A program made the position numbers and the translations under genes. A stretch of 42,860 nt of DNA, taken from Azolla caroliniana (Eukaryota; Plantae; Polypodiophyta). The stretch lies in contig JBHGNT010000268.1 of the NCBI GenBank assembly GCA_043228905.1, positions 1 through 42,860 on the forward strand. The letters are read 5' to 3'. Below the pieces are notes generated by a model. The model was not told the DNA's origin. It saw only the letters and a program-made list of their open reading frames with translations, and searched no databases. Positions 11,141 to 24,500 of this stretch are shown here, one piece after another. The first letter of the stretch is position 1; the number at the start of each line of letters is the position of its first letter.

Positions 11141-14100
11141 ACCATGTCCTTGTATTCCTCATCATTCTGATGATGACACTTAACAATGTTGCAATAAAAT
11201 TCATCTTTCAACATAGATTCCTAGTACTTAATAACTTTAAATTGAATTTGAGTCATTATAGGTGCTCAAAACTCATTTCTCATAGGAGATCTATAGTGAT
11301 CAAATATTTAAAGTTAAATTTGAGTGAGCCATTGTGATTTCCCTGTTTTGGCAATAACACAACTCGTGCACATACCATGTCCTTGTATTCCTCATCCTTC
11401 TGACGATGAGACTTAATAATGTTGCAATAAAATTCATCTTTCAACATAAATTCCTAGTACTTAATAACTTTAAATTGAATTTGAGTCATTATAGGTGCTC
11501 AAAACTCATTTCTCATAGGAGATCTATAGTGATCAATTATTTAAAGTTGAATTTGAGTGAGCCATTGTGATTTCCCTGTTTTCGCAATAACACAACTCGT
11601 GCACATACCATGTCCTTGTATTCCTCATCCTTCTGATGATGACACTTAACAATGTTGCAATAAAATTCATCTTTCAACATAGATTCCTAGTACATAATAA
11701 CTTTAAATTGAATTTGAGTCATTATAGGTGCTCAAAACTCATTTCTCATAGGAGATCTATAGTGATCAATTATTTAAAGTTGAATTTGAGTAAGCCATTG
11801 TGATTTCCCTGTTTTCGCAATAACACAACTCGTGCACATACCATGTCCTTGTATTCCTCATCCTTCTGATGATGAGACTTAACAATGTTGCAATAAAATT
11901 CATCTTTCAACATAGATTCCTAGTACTTAATAACTTTAAATTGAATTTGAGTCATTATAGGTGCTCAAAACTCATTTCTCATAGGAGATCTATAGTGATC
12001 AATATTTAAAGTTAAATTTGAGTGAGCCATTGTGATTTCCCTCTTTTGGCAATAGCACAACTCGTGCACATACCATGTCCTTGTATTCCTCATCCTTCTG
12101 ATGATGAGACTTAACAATGTTGCAATAAAATTCATCTTTCAACATAGATTCCTAGTACATAATAACTTTAAATTGAATTTGAGTCATTATAGGTGCTCAA
12201 AACTCATTTCTCATAGGAGATCTATTGTGATCAAATATTTAAAGTTGAATTTGAGTGAGCCATTGTGATTTCCCTGTTTTGGCAATAACACAACTCGTGC
12301 ACATACCATGTCCTTGTATTCCTCATCCTTCTGACGATGAGACTTAACAATGTTGCAATAAAATTCATCTTTCAACATAAATTCCTAGTACTTAATAACT
12401 TTAAATTGAATTTGAGTCATTATAGGTGCTCAAAACTCATTTCTCATAGGAGATCTATAGTGATCAATTATTTAAAGTTGAATTTGAGTGAGCCATTGTG
12501 ATTTCCCTCTTTTGGCAATAGCACAACTCGTGCACATACCATGTCCTTGTATTCCTCATCCTTCTGATGATGAGACTTAACAATGTTGCAATAAAATTCA
12601 TCTTTCAACATAGATTCCTAGTACATAATAACTTTAAATTGAATTTGAGTCATTATAGGTGCTCAAAACTCATTTCTCATAGGAGATCTATAGTGATCAA
12701 TTATTTAAAGTTGAATTTGAGTAAGCCATTGTGATTTCCCTGTTTTCGCAATAACACAACTCGTGCACATACCATGTCCTTGTATTCCTCATCCTTCTGA
12801 TGATGACACTTAACAATGTTGCAATAAAATTCATCTTTCAACATAGATTCCTAGTACTTAATAACTTTAAATTGAATTTGAGTCATTATAGGTGCTCAAA
12901 ACTCATTTCTCATAGGAGATCTATAGTGATCAATATTTAAAGTTAAATTTGAGTGAGCCATTGTGATTTCCCTCTTTTGGCAATAGCACAACTCGTGCAC
13001 ATACCATGTCCTTGTATTCCTCATCCTTCTGATGATGAGACTTAACAATGTTGCAATAAAATTCAACTTTCAACATAGATTCCTAGTACATAATAACTTT
13101 AAATTGAATTTGAGTCATTATAGGTGCTCAAAACTCATTTCTCATAGGAGATCTATTGTGATCAAATATTTAAAGTTGAATTTGAGTGAGCCATTGTGAT
13201 TTCCCTGTTTTGGCAATAACACAACTCGTGCACATACCATGTCCTTGTATTCCTCATCCTTCTGACGATGAGACTTAACAATGTTGCAATAAAATTCATC
13301 TTTCAACATAAATTCCTAGTACTTAATAACTTTAAATTGAATTTGAGTCATTATAGGTGCTCAAAACTCATTTCTCATAGGAGATCTATAGTGATCAATT
13401 ATTTAAAGTTGAATTTGAGTGAGCCATTGTGATTTCCCTCTTTTGGCAATAGCACAACTCGTGCACATACCATGTCCTTGTATTCCTCATCCTTCTGATG
13501 ATGAGACTTAACAATGTTGCAATAAAATTCATCTTTCAACATAGATTCCTAGTACATAATAACTTTAAATTGAATTTGAGTCATTATAGGTGCTCAAAAC
13601 TCATTTCTCATAGGAGATCTATAGTGATCAATTATTTAAAGTTGAATTTGAGTAAGCCATTGTGATTTCCTTGTTTTCGCAATAACACAACTCGTGCACA
13701 TACCATGTCCTTGTATTCCTCATCCTTCTGATGATGACACTTAACAATGTTGCAATAAAATTCATCTTTCAACATAGATTCCTAGTACATAATAACTTTA
13801 AATTGAATTTGAGTCATTATAGGTGCTCAAAACTCATTTCTCATAGGAGATCTATAGTGATCAATTATTTAAAGTTGAATTTGAGTGAGCCATTGTGATT
13901 TCCCTGTTTTCGCAATAGCACAACACGTGCACATACCATGTCCTTGTATTCCTCATCCTTCTGATGATGACACTTAACAATGTTGCAATAAAATTCATCT
14001 TTCAACATAGATTCCTAGTACTTAATAACTTTAAATTGAATTTGAGTCATTATAGGTGCTCAAAACTCATTTCTCATAGGAGATCTATAGTGATCAAATA

Positions 14101-14400
14101 TTTAAAGTTGAATTTGAGTGAGCCATTGTGATTTCCCTCTTTTGGCAATAACACAACTCGTGCACATACCATGTCCTTGTATTCCTCATCCTTCTGATGA
14201 TGAGACTTAACAATGTTGCAATAAAATTCATCTTTCAACATAGATTCCTAGTACTTAATAACTTTAAATTGAATTTGAGTCATTATAGGTGCTCAAAACT
14301 CATTTCTCATAGGAGATCTATCGTGATCAATGATTTAATGTTGAATTTGAGTGAGCCATTGTGATTTCCCTCTTCTGGCAATAACACAACTTGTGCACAT
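11141..14400. repeat. Tandem satellite array, 14 units of 232-233 bp
   Basis: Unit start accatgtccttgtattcctc at 11141, 11374, 11607, 11840, 12072, 12305, 12538, 12771, 13003, 13236, 13469, 13702, 13935 and 14168; units near-identical. Confidence 0.97.
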
Positions 14401-14899
14401 ATGAACATAGTTTCCTTGGTTGTTCGAGCTAAGATTCTCTTCTCATTACACAACTTCCTTTTGCCTCTACAAATCCCCAACTATAATCTTCAATCCATAT
14501 TTGCTCCATATTGATGATTGCTTCATCCTTTTTTCATTTTCATTTTCATTTTTTTTCTTCCAATAGAGATGCAAGCTTTTTCATGGTTACTATGTGATGA
14601 ACGTTTGCACCATTTATCTATATGCTAGGATTGATGACCAATCTCCAATACAATAAATTATTCCAGCAACATTGATGTTGATTATGGAGACTATTGTAAT
14701 AACCATAAGAAAATTCTATGCTTGCAACACTTTTTTGGGTAGAACAAAGGGAATCCTCACTTGGATGGGTTGTGGAAGCCTTTCCTCTTCCAATAAGTTT
14801 GGAATCCGTCTTCGCTTCCCAATACAGGGTCAAACACCTCTCATGTATATTTCATCTTCCCTCCTTGAAGGTTTTTAAGTACATTCTCTTGCACAAGCT

Positions 14900-15490
14900 C
14901 TTGTCTTGGAATTGTGTCTCTTTTATCATACCACATCCTTGGTTTGTTGTGGCTTTCGGTAGTGACAGGAAACTATAGAGAATATTCCATTAACTGAAGG
15001 GTGGATAATCATACCCAATCTCCGTGGAGATGATATTCTTTTAGTGGATAAAGCATCTATTGCTAAAACTCTATGCAATTCTTGTTATGAGCATACACAT
15101 ACCCTTAATTAAAGGAGTTTCATTGGTCCAGAGATAAGCTCGTCAGTCATGTATAACCATCTGCTTGCACGATCTTTTATTCACTGGAAGCACACAAAGG
15201 ATATGACTTTATTTGTGTTCAAATGCTACAACTGTTCAGAGGGATTGAAACATATATGCAGTATCCCTTCTCTTGAGCATGTACACTTTGGAGCCCCCTA
15301 CTTACCCAACAGCTTTAGAGCTTATATCCATCATTCATAGCATGAATTGCATGATTGTAGTAACTTTAGTCTCATAGATCATTTTGCCCTTTTGCAAACA
15401 TTAATCACATTTCTTTTCTTTTGGCCCAGGTGTTTGATCTCTTTTTACGACCCCCCTGAATTTGATATCAGTATATTCTCCTCTTCTTAA
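14900..15490 (-). mobile_element. Possible highly decayed hAT-like transposase fragment
   Basis: Broken minus-strand peptides (..QGGRKKEIKHLG.., ..EIGYDYPPFS..) loosely resemble the BED-finger and GYxPPS regions of hAT transposases; many stops. Confidence 0.25.
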
Positions 15491-16165
15491 GAGGGACTTT
15501 GTATGTACAAAGGTTTGAGCATCCTGGCAGTTTTGGCACTCACAATCATGATGTTTTGCCCCATTACAAGCATCCTATCAGTATGCACAACATTTACTTA
15601 TTGCATCCCAGGTACATCTTACCAAAAGAAATATGCAAAGCAATATTCGTGGAACTCCTTTTGTTGACATATAACAGGAATTTTCAGCTCTGAAAAACAT
15701 CAAAATCCAAATCACATTCGAACAAGAAAGATACTGTAAGGACATCTGAAATTCATATAAATTGACAGTTATATGGCTTCAGACAGAGATCCAGATAGTG
15801 CGTTGCACATTTGATCCCATGTTTGTAACACTATACTCCTCGACTGCATTAGCATTTGTGGCTCATCATTATACCCATCAGTGAAAACACCCATCACACC
15901 TTATCTGGTATATTCACTGATGAATTTTTGTGTTCACAGGACCAGGTTTTATGAAACTCTAGGCCCCATGTCCTGGTAAAATCAGACCGTGCCCTGTTTC
16001 CTGGTAAAATGGAGTACGCCACTTCGCCTCTCAAAACATTCCCTCATTTTATGATTTATCATTGTATTGTTGCCCTACATTCGTTATGGGGTTTTCGCCT
16101 TTTGAGTCTCACTGATCAGATCACAATCAATTTCCTTAATTATTGTCTGCCCATTCTCCCTACTA

Positions 16166-19100
16166 CTAAGTTTCTTGCAGGACACAAATGCCTTTTTTGC
16201 CTATGATGGCATATCTTGGTGATGACGATTGCAATGAATTTAATGGAGATGAAACATCTTCCATAAGCATAGATGACAAGATAGTGGGCCCCTTGCAAAC
16301 ACACTTTCCATCTTCGAAAACATGGAGATTGTTGGGATCTCTAATCATAATCTTTCTATTCTCTATTTTTGAGATAAGCGATGTGCCAAAATGGCAGTGA
16401 CTACATATACATGTGTTATTCACAACATGAATAGTTTCCCCTTGGTATGTATTGATGAGAGCACAAGCAATGGCTAACTTCTCACTATGTCCACAGAGCA
16501 CATCATTCTTTACATCATCATAAGTGCTTCGTAACACCCAAAGAGCACTAGATGGATAGCCTGCTTGTTTCATTTTAAGAGCAATTGCTTTTATCTTAGC
16601 ATGTATGATTTTCCTTTGAGGATGTCTTGTATCCCCCACAGAAAATGAATGAGCATTTCCACTGACATCAACCCAAACACTGTTTCCCCGATCTTTCCAA
16701 ACGGCATATTTCAGTCTCATGGCTTCAACTTTGTCTGCATCCTCTTGCATACCAGCAGCTGCAAAAATATTAGCTATAAGAACATAAGCTACAGCACAGC
16801 TATCATCAAGTTGCACAGCCTGATCAAAAGCTAATATCCCAAGCTCTACATTTCCCCATTTTCTACAACCACCTAATAATGCAACCCAAACATCATGATA
16901 ATCAGAAGACGGCATCACTTTAATCACTGACATTGCCTTATCAAACAGCCCTGCATATCCAAAAACCACCACCATGCAAGTATGGTGCTTCACATTAGGA
17001 TTGACATCATATTTTCTTGACATATCCCCAAAAATCGTTTGGGCCTCATCCAATAGCCCTGAGCGGCCACATGCACTCAAAACACAAAGGAATGTAATTG
17101 CATCTGGAGAGAAACCCTCAGTTTGCATCAGCTCAAAACAGTTCAGTGCTTCATGACCTTGTCCCTGTTGGGCAAGCCCTGCAATTAATGTATTCCAAGC
17201 AACTACATCTCGTGTAGGAAGTGCTTTAAGAACCTTTTGTGCCTTTCCAAGCTGACCACATTTAGCATACATATCCACCAAAGCAGTACCAAGTACAACA
17301 TCTTTCTCCAGCAAGTTCCTATTGACAATCTGTTCATGAATTTCTTCGCCTATGTCTATAGCGCCCGTGCTAGCACAAGCTCTCAAGATGCATATCAAAG
17401 TTACTGCATCTGGAGAGAAATCCTCACTCTGCATGCGCTCAAAACAGTTCAATGCCTCGTGACTCTGCCCCCGTTGGACATACCCTGCAATTAGAGCAGA
17501 CCAAGATACAACATTTCGAACAGGAAGGCCTTGAAGCACTTCTTGTGCTTTTGCAAGCATGCCACATTTGCTGTACATGTCTACCAAAGCATTGCCAAAA
17601 ACAATATCCTTCTCTAGTAAGCCTCTATTTATAATTTCATCATGGATTTTTTTCCCTTTGTCAATAGCTCCTATTTCCCCGCATGCCTTTAAGATTGACG
17701 TAAAGGTAACTGCATCAGGCGAGAGGCCCTCACTCAGCATTTTTTCAAAACAACTCAGTGCTTCATGACCTTCCCCTTGCTGAACGTATCCTGTAATTAG
17801 TGCATTCCAAGAAACTACATTGTGAATAGAAAGATCTTCAAGCACTTCTTGTGCTTTTGCAAGACAACCACATTTGGCATACATATCCACTAAGGCAGTG
17901 CCAAGTACAGAATTCTTCTCTAATAGGCCCCTATTTGCAACCTCTTCATGGATTTGTTTGCCTTTGTCGACAGCTCCTGTGCTACTACAAGCCTTCAATA
18001 TACATGTGAAAGTGACTGTATCCGGGAAAAGTCCCTCTCCTTGCATCCGTTCAAAACAGTTTATCGCTTCTTGGCCTTGCCCTTGTTGGGCGTATCCTGC
18101 TATAAGTGCAGACCAAGAGACAATGTTCCGGACAGGAAGCTCATCAAGCACTGCCTGTGCTTTTGCAAGCACGCCACATTTGGCATACATATCAACAAGA
18201 GCAGTACCGAGCACAATGTCTTTTTTAAGACCCCTATTCAGAATCTCTTCATGAACCTTCTCTCCCTTGCTTATAGCCCCCGTACTACCACAGGCCTTCA
18301 AGATAGATATAAAGGTGACTGAATTCGGAGAAAGGCCCTCATTCAGTATCCGTTCAAAACAATGCAACACTTCATGAAACTGCCCCTGTTGAAGATACCC
18401 CACAATTAGTGCATTCCAAGAGACTATGTTGCGAACAGAAAGTTCTTCAAGCACCTGTTTCGCTTTTACAAGCACACCACATTTGGCATACATATCCACC
18501 AATGCAGTACCAAGTACAATATCCTTCTCCAGCAAGTTCCTACCCACAATTTCTTCATGAACTTGGTTGCCCTTCTCTATAGCCCCAATACTACCACATG
18601 CCTTTAAGATGCAAATGAAGGTGATGGTGTTTGGGGAGATGCCCTCTCTTTGCATTTGATCAAAACAGTTCAATGCTTCATGACCTTGCCCCTTTTGAGT
18701 ATACCCAGTAATCAGTGCATTCCAAGAGACCACATTTCTAACCAGAAGCTCTTCAAGCACTTGTTTTGCTTTCGGAAGCATCATACATTTGGCATACATA
18801 TCCACCAAAGCTGTGCCGAGCACTACATCCTTCTTCAGCAAACCCCTACTCACAATTTCTTCATGAATTTGTTTACCCTTCTCTATAGCTCCGATATTGG
18901 CACAAGCCTTCAAGATGCAAATGAAGCTGATAACATCCGGAGAGAGACCCTCACTTTGCATTCTCTCAAAGCAATTCAGAGCTTCTTGACCTTGCCCATG
19001 TTGTGCATATCCTGCAATTAATGCATTCCAACATACTAAATCTCGGACCGGTACATTCTCAAGAACTTCTTGTGCTTTTTCAATCATCCCACATTTGGTA

Positions 19101-19585
19101 TACATACTGATCAAAGTGCTGGCTATGTAAGGGTTGTTTTCGAGCAAGCCTCTGTTCAGAATCTGAGCATGAAGATTAATGCCTTTACTAATATCCCTTT
19201 TCTGGCCACAAGTCTTCAGCAAGGCCACAAAAGTATGAGTTTCGGTGCGGGTTCCATCTGTATGCCTTTCTTGCAACAATCCAATCTCTCTTCTCCTGTG
19301 CTGAGACCTAAAATCTGGCAGGATTGAACCATCCTGGATTAAGACAAACAATCTCTCTCTCACACACAATCAAAATGTGGCCTCTCGGATTGCAACATTC
19401 ATTGGTAAAGTTCTTGCACATTGGGAGTGGCTATTCACTTTCACATGTATTAGGTAAAATGCAATATTTTTGGCCTCTTAGGTCATATTTGACCCCCAAA
19501 GACAATAATAGAATATATCTCTCTCTCTTTCTCTTTCACTCTCTCCCTCCCATTAAACCCTAAACCCTCTTTCTTTCTGTGTGTA

Positions 19586-19626
<41 letters not shown>

Positions 19627-19713
19627 AAGCGTGGGTGTATCAGAGCTTCTTACCTTGATGCTATGAAGAGCTGTTCTTTCAAAGGGCGCATTCGATTTCC
19701 TCTGTCTCGCCAT
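16166..19713 (-). CDS. PLS-class PPR protein with E and DYW-like deaminase domain (PPR-A), organellar RNA editing factor family
   Basis: Exon 1 19713..19654 (MARQRKSNAPFERTALHSIK, AAG|gtaag) splices in phase 0 to exon 2 19333..16166 (ccag|GAT). Seven P-L-S triplets (WNALIAGY / TFICILKAC / LVDMYAKCG), E domain (VWVALLGGCRKWGN), then SVWVD...VGDTRHPQ...CGHSEKLAIA...CSHCH...HVFEDGKCVC. Confidence 0.92.
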
Positions 19714-21503
19714 GGAATCATGGGGGCTGGCATGGCATCCTGGTCATTTGGCATTGGCAGAGAGTTGTATCCGCTCCATTATGTGCCCGGCAATGGTAAC
19801 TGCTCCTGTTGTCCAGCAGCACGGACATCTCCCACACTCACTCTATAAGATGATGGATGCTATGTCATAGGCCCCATGTCATGCCCAAAGCATCCCTGAG
19901 CATAAATAACATCTTATCGCACGTGTAGACAGACGGACACTTAGCAATAGACTAGATATTACCCCGCCTATCGACCTTCAATAGATACATTTAGTTCGTC
20001 TTTTAAAGTGTGGTTATTAATGTCATTGATCACAAGCAATGACGCCCATTTCTAACTAGTATCTCCACTAATCTTCCTTTCAAATACTTCCATGTACTAG
20101 AGCTTAGTCTACATTCTCTAGTTCTTACATGAGGTTCATCATATTTACCTAAGATGGAACATCCAACTATCATGCGAGTTGATTGATTAAGAATGTGATT
20201 AATACAATGTTATTTATCAATCACAAATACCATCTTTATATTTTTATGGGATTTTATCAATTTCTTTAGCCTATTGTAGATATATACATCCCTTCGTCTA
20301 TTTAGCCTAATGTGAGGGAGATGAGTATTCCTAATAGGATGAAGTGCATATAAATTGTGCTCTAATAAACATGAACAAAGTGAACCCTTATAGCTTATAT
20401 GGGAATGCATTGATTCAATAGGTAGAGCCTTGCTTCTAATTACAAATAGAGACAGACAGACAGAGAGAGAGAGAGAGAGAGAGAAGTCGAGTTTGCAAGG
20501 ACATTATATCACTGACACCAACACATAGAAGTATCATATCATTTGGCATCTTACTTTCATGGTCATCTCCACCCCACTCTCATCCGTCAAGGGCGGTCCC
20601 TACGGGATCAAAAGCATTTTGTAATGTCTTCATAGTAGGATGCAGCGAATTTATGTAGCACATAGGTGAATGTCACACATATCGTCAAATTTTACTTGGG
20701 CATTCCAAGTCATGTCCTAGGAATGATCCAAACGTGATTTGAATTATACAATAAATCTAATGCATGCATATATGTGACCCACCTACCATTGTCACACTAA
20801 ACAATGAATTTAATTCATCATTGTCTTTTGCATGGTGTGAAACATATATTGATGTCAATCTAAACTATCTTTTTAGGAGCACAGCTACATAAGAAGTAAA
20901 AGCGTGTCCTAAGACAAGTCATTTAATAGCTTGATGAAACATATTAATAGGTAATAAGATGATCCATTTACGTTTAGACAAAAGAGACGGTATTCCAATG
21001 GTAACTTTATCCCACAAAGTTACATAAGCACAAACCTCCAACAACAATGATAGACACTAGAAAATTCTCTTTTATTAGTATGTCTTTCCTTCACAAGATT
21101 ACAAAAACATTATGGGTTGCATCTCAAGTTCACATGGATGGCAGCAATAAAGGAAGAAATTTGAGATACGATGGGACATGCAACTTTTTGTTGGTAGAAA
21201 CTCTCCCTTCTTGAATCTTTGAGCTTGAATCTAAAATCAAAATGCTCTCTTTCTCTTGCCTTCATCCATGGATGTAAAGGGATGAATAAATTTGAAGTTT
21301 CCCACGCCTCTAATGTCTTGATTTTTTATCCCAAGTGACAATCTACTAATAACACAATCCGTGTTAAGAGAGTGTTTTCTTTATTGTAAGGGTAATATCT
21401 CAAGCCTAAATATATCTGTTTATTTGTTTATTATACTGCAAGTTAACATGAACAGCTGAGATCTTGATTGGGTCTCATAGGGCACAATGGCCTTTTAAAG
21501 ATG

Positions 21504-24500
21504 TTAATATATCCTTTTTCCTTCTTCCATCAACCCACATAGTATTTCCCCCTCCTTGCAACAAGCATACTTCAGTCTACATGCTTCTACGTTGTCTGCA
21601 TCTTGATGCATGCCAGCAGCACCTAAAATGCTGCCCATAAGGACATAAGCTGCAGCATTATCATCTGCTTGTACAGCTTGATCAAAGGCCAATAGACCAA
21701 GCCTTATGTTTCCCCATTTCTTACAAGATGCTAACAGTGTAAGCCAAACCGCTGGATAATCTGAACAAGGCATTGCCTTAATGACCGAAATTGCCTTGTC
21801 AAAGTGTCCAGAACATCCGAGAACCATCACCATGCACGTATGGTGCTCTACCCTTGGAGTTATATCATATTTCCTACTCATATCTCCAAAGAATAGTTGC
21901 GCTTTGTCTGAGAGACCAGAGTGACTGCATGCATTCATAACACAAAGGACTGTGACCTCATCTGGAGACAGACCTTCAATTTGCATCTCTTCAAAGCAGC
22001 ATAATGCTTCATGGACTTTCCCTTGTTGGGCATACCCTGCGATGAGTGCATTCCATGAGATGACAACTCGGATGTCAAGCTCATCGAGTACTTCTTGTGC
22101 TTTTGCCAGTACACCACATTTGGCATACATGTCCACTAAAGCATTGCTGAGCTCGAAATACTCACCAAGGATACCCTTGCTTACAATCTCTTCATGAATT
22201 TGTTTGCCCTTGCCTATAGCTCCTATGCTCCCACATGCCTTCAAGATGCAAATGAAAGTAACAGCATTTGGAGAGAGGCCCTCAGTTTGCATTTGTTCGA
22301 CGCACTTCAATGCTGCATGTCCTAGCTCGAACTGGACATGCCCTGCAATCAATGCATTCCATGTGATGACTCCTCGAATTGGAAGCTCTTTAAGCACCTT
22401 TTCTGCTTTTACAAGCATGCCACATTTAGCATACATATCTACCAAAGCAGTGCCAAGTGCAATATTTTTAATCAGCAAACCCCTACTCACAATTTCATCA
22501 TGGATTTGTTTACCCTTCTCTATGGCATCTATACAGCTACAGGCTCTCAAGATATGGGTAAAGGTTACTCCGTCTGGAGTGAGGCCCTCACTTTGCATCT
22601 GTTCAAAACAGTTCAGTGCTTCATGACCTCGCCCCAGCTCAGTATACCCTCCAATTAGTGAATTCCATGAAACTAAATCTCGAACAAGAAGCTCTTCCAG
22701 GACTTCTTGTGCCTTTGCAATCACACCACATTTAACATACATATCAACCAAAGCCGTTCCAAGCACAACATCCCAATCCATCAAGCCCCTGCTCTGAATC
22801 TCTTCATGGATTAGTTTGCCTTTTTCTATAGCCTCTGCACTGCCACATGCTTTCAGGATGGAAATGAAGGTGACTGAGTCTGGAAAGAGACCCTCATCTT
22901 GCATCCGTTCAAAACAGTGGAGGGCTGCATGGCCTTGTCCCTGCTCCACAAACCCTGCAATTAGTGCATTCCAAGAAACTATGTCTCGAACAGGAAGCTC
23001 TTCCAGTACTTTCTTCGCTTTTCTCAGCAGACCACATTTCGCATACATATCAACTAATGCAGTGCCAAGCACAACATCCTTCTCCAAAAGACCTATATGC
23101 ATAATCTCTTCATGAATTTGTTTGCCCTTCTCTATAGCTCTCGCACTGCCACATGCCTTCAAGATGCAAATCAAGGTGATCACATCTGGAGAGAATCCCA
23201 CACATCGCATCTGATTAAAGCAGCTTAGTGCTTTGTGAAGAAGTCCTTCTTGGGCATACCCTGCAATTAATGCAGACCAAGAGACTACATTTTGAACAGG
23301 AAGTTCTTCCAGCATCTGCAGTGCTTTTTCAAGCATGCCACATTTGGCATACATGTCTACCAATCCATTTCCAAGAGCAATATCTTTCTCAAGCAAACCC
23401 CTAGTTGCAATCTCATCATGAATTTGTTTGCCCTTGTCTACATCTCTTGTCTTTCCACAAGCATTCAAGAGACAAATGAAGGTGACCTCATCTGGAGCGA
23501 GGCCTTCATTTTGCATTTGTTCGAAACAAGTTAGTGCTTCTTGACCTTGTCCTTGTTGGGAATACCCTGCAATCAGTGCATTCCAAGAGGCTACATTTTG
23601 GATTGGAAGTTCATTAAGCACCTCTTGTGCCTTCACAAGCAAATCGCACCTGGCATACATATCCACCAAAGCTGTGCAAAGCATGATATCTTCCCCAAGC
23701 AGGCCCTTTCTCACAATCTCGCAATGTACTCGGTTTCCCAGATCTATAGCTTGTGTAATGCCACAAGCCTTCAAGACACAAACGAATGTTACTGCATCTG
23801 GAAAGAAGCCCTCATTTTGCATCTTATTATAACACTTCAATGCTTCATGAGCTTCCCCCCGTCGTGCATACCCCATAATAAGTGCAGACCATGCAACTAC
23901 ATTTCGAGAGGGAAGCCCTTCAAGTACTTCTTGTGCTTTCTCAACCACACCGCATTTAGCATACATATCCACCAAAGCAGTGCCAAGCACAATATCCTTC
24001 GCTAAAAACCCTTTTCTCATAATATCATCATGAATTGCCTTCCCCTTGTCTATGGCATATGTGCTGCCACAGGCCTTTAAAATGCAAATGAAAGTGACTG
24101 CATTTGGAGAGAGACCCTCGCTTTGCATTCGATCAAAACACTTTAGAGCTTCATAATGCTGTCCATGATCAGCATACCCAGCAATTAGGGCATTCCAAGA
24201 GACTGCATTTCGAATTGGAAGATCTTCGAGCACTTCTTGAGCTTTTATTACGGCACCACATTTGGCATACATATCCACCAATGCGGTTCCAAGCACGATA
24301 TGTTTTTCTAGCAAACCCCTGCTTACAATCTCATCATGAATTTGTTTGCCCTTGTCTATAGTTTTCATGCTACCGCATGCCTTCAAGGTGCAAAGAAAGC
24401 TAACCTCATTTGGATTAATACCCTCATTTTGCATTCGTTCAAGACATTGCAACGCTGCATGACCTTGACCCTGTTGGACATACCCTGAAATAAGCACATT

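Noticed and set aside
11141-14400. CRISPR-like array
   Set aside because: Units are contiguous and near-identical over their full 233 bp, with no unique spacers and no cas genes; the context is eukaryotic.
16286-16700. Calling the PPR-A domain a U-to-C (DYW:KP) editor
   Set aside because: It lacks the KPAxA start and keeps HSE; the KGP ending only superficially recalls GRP.
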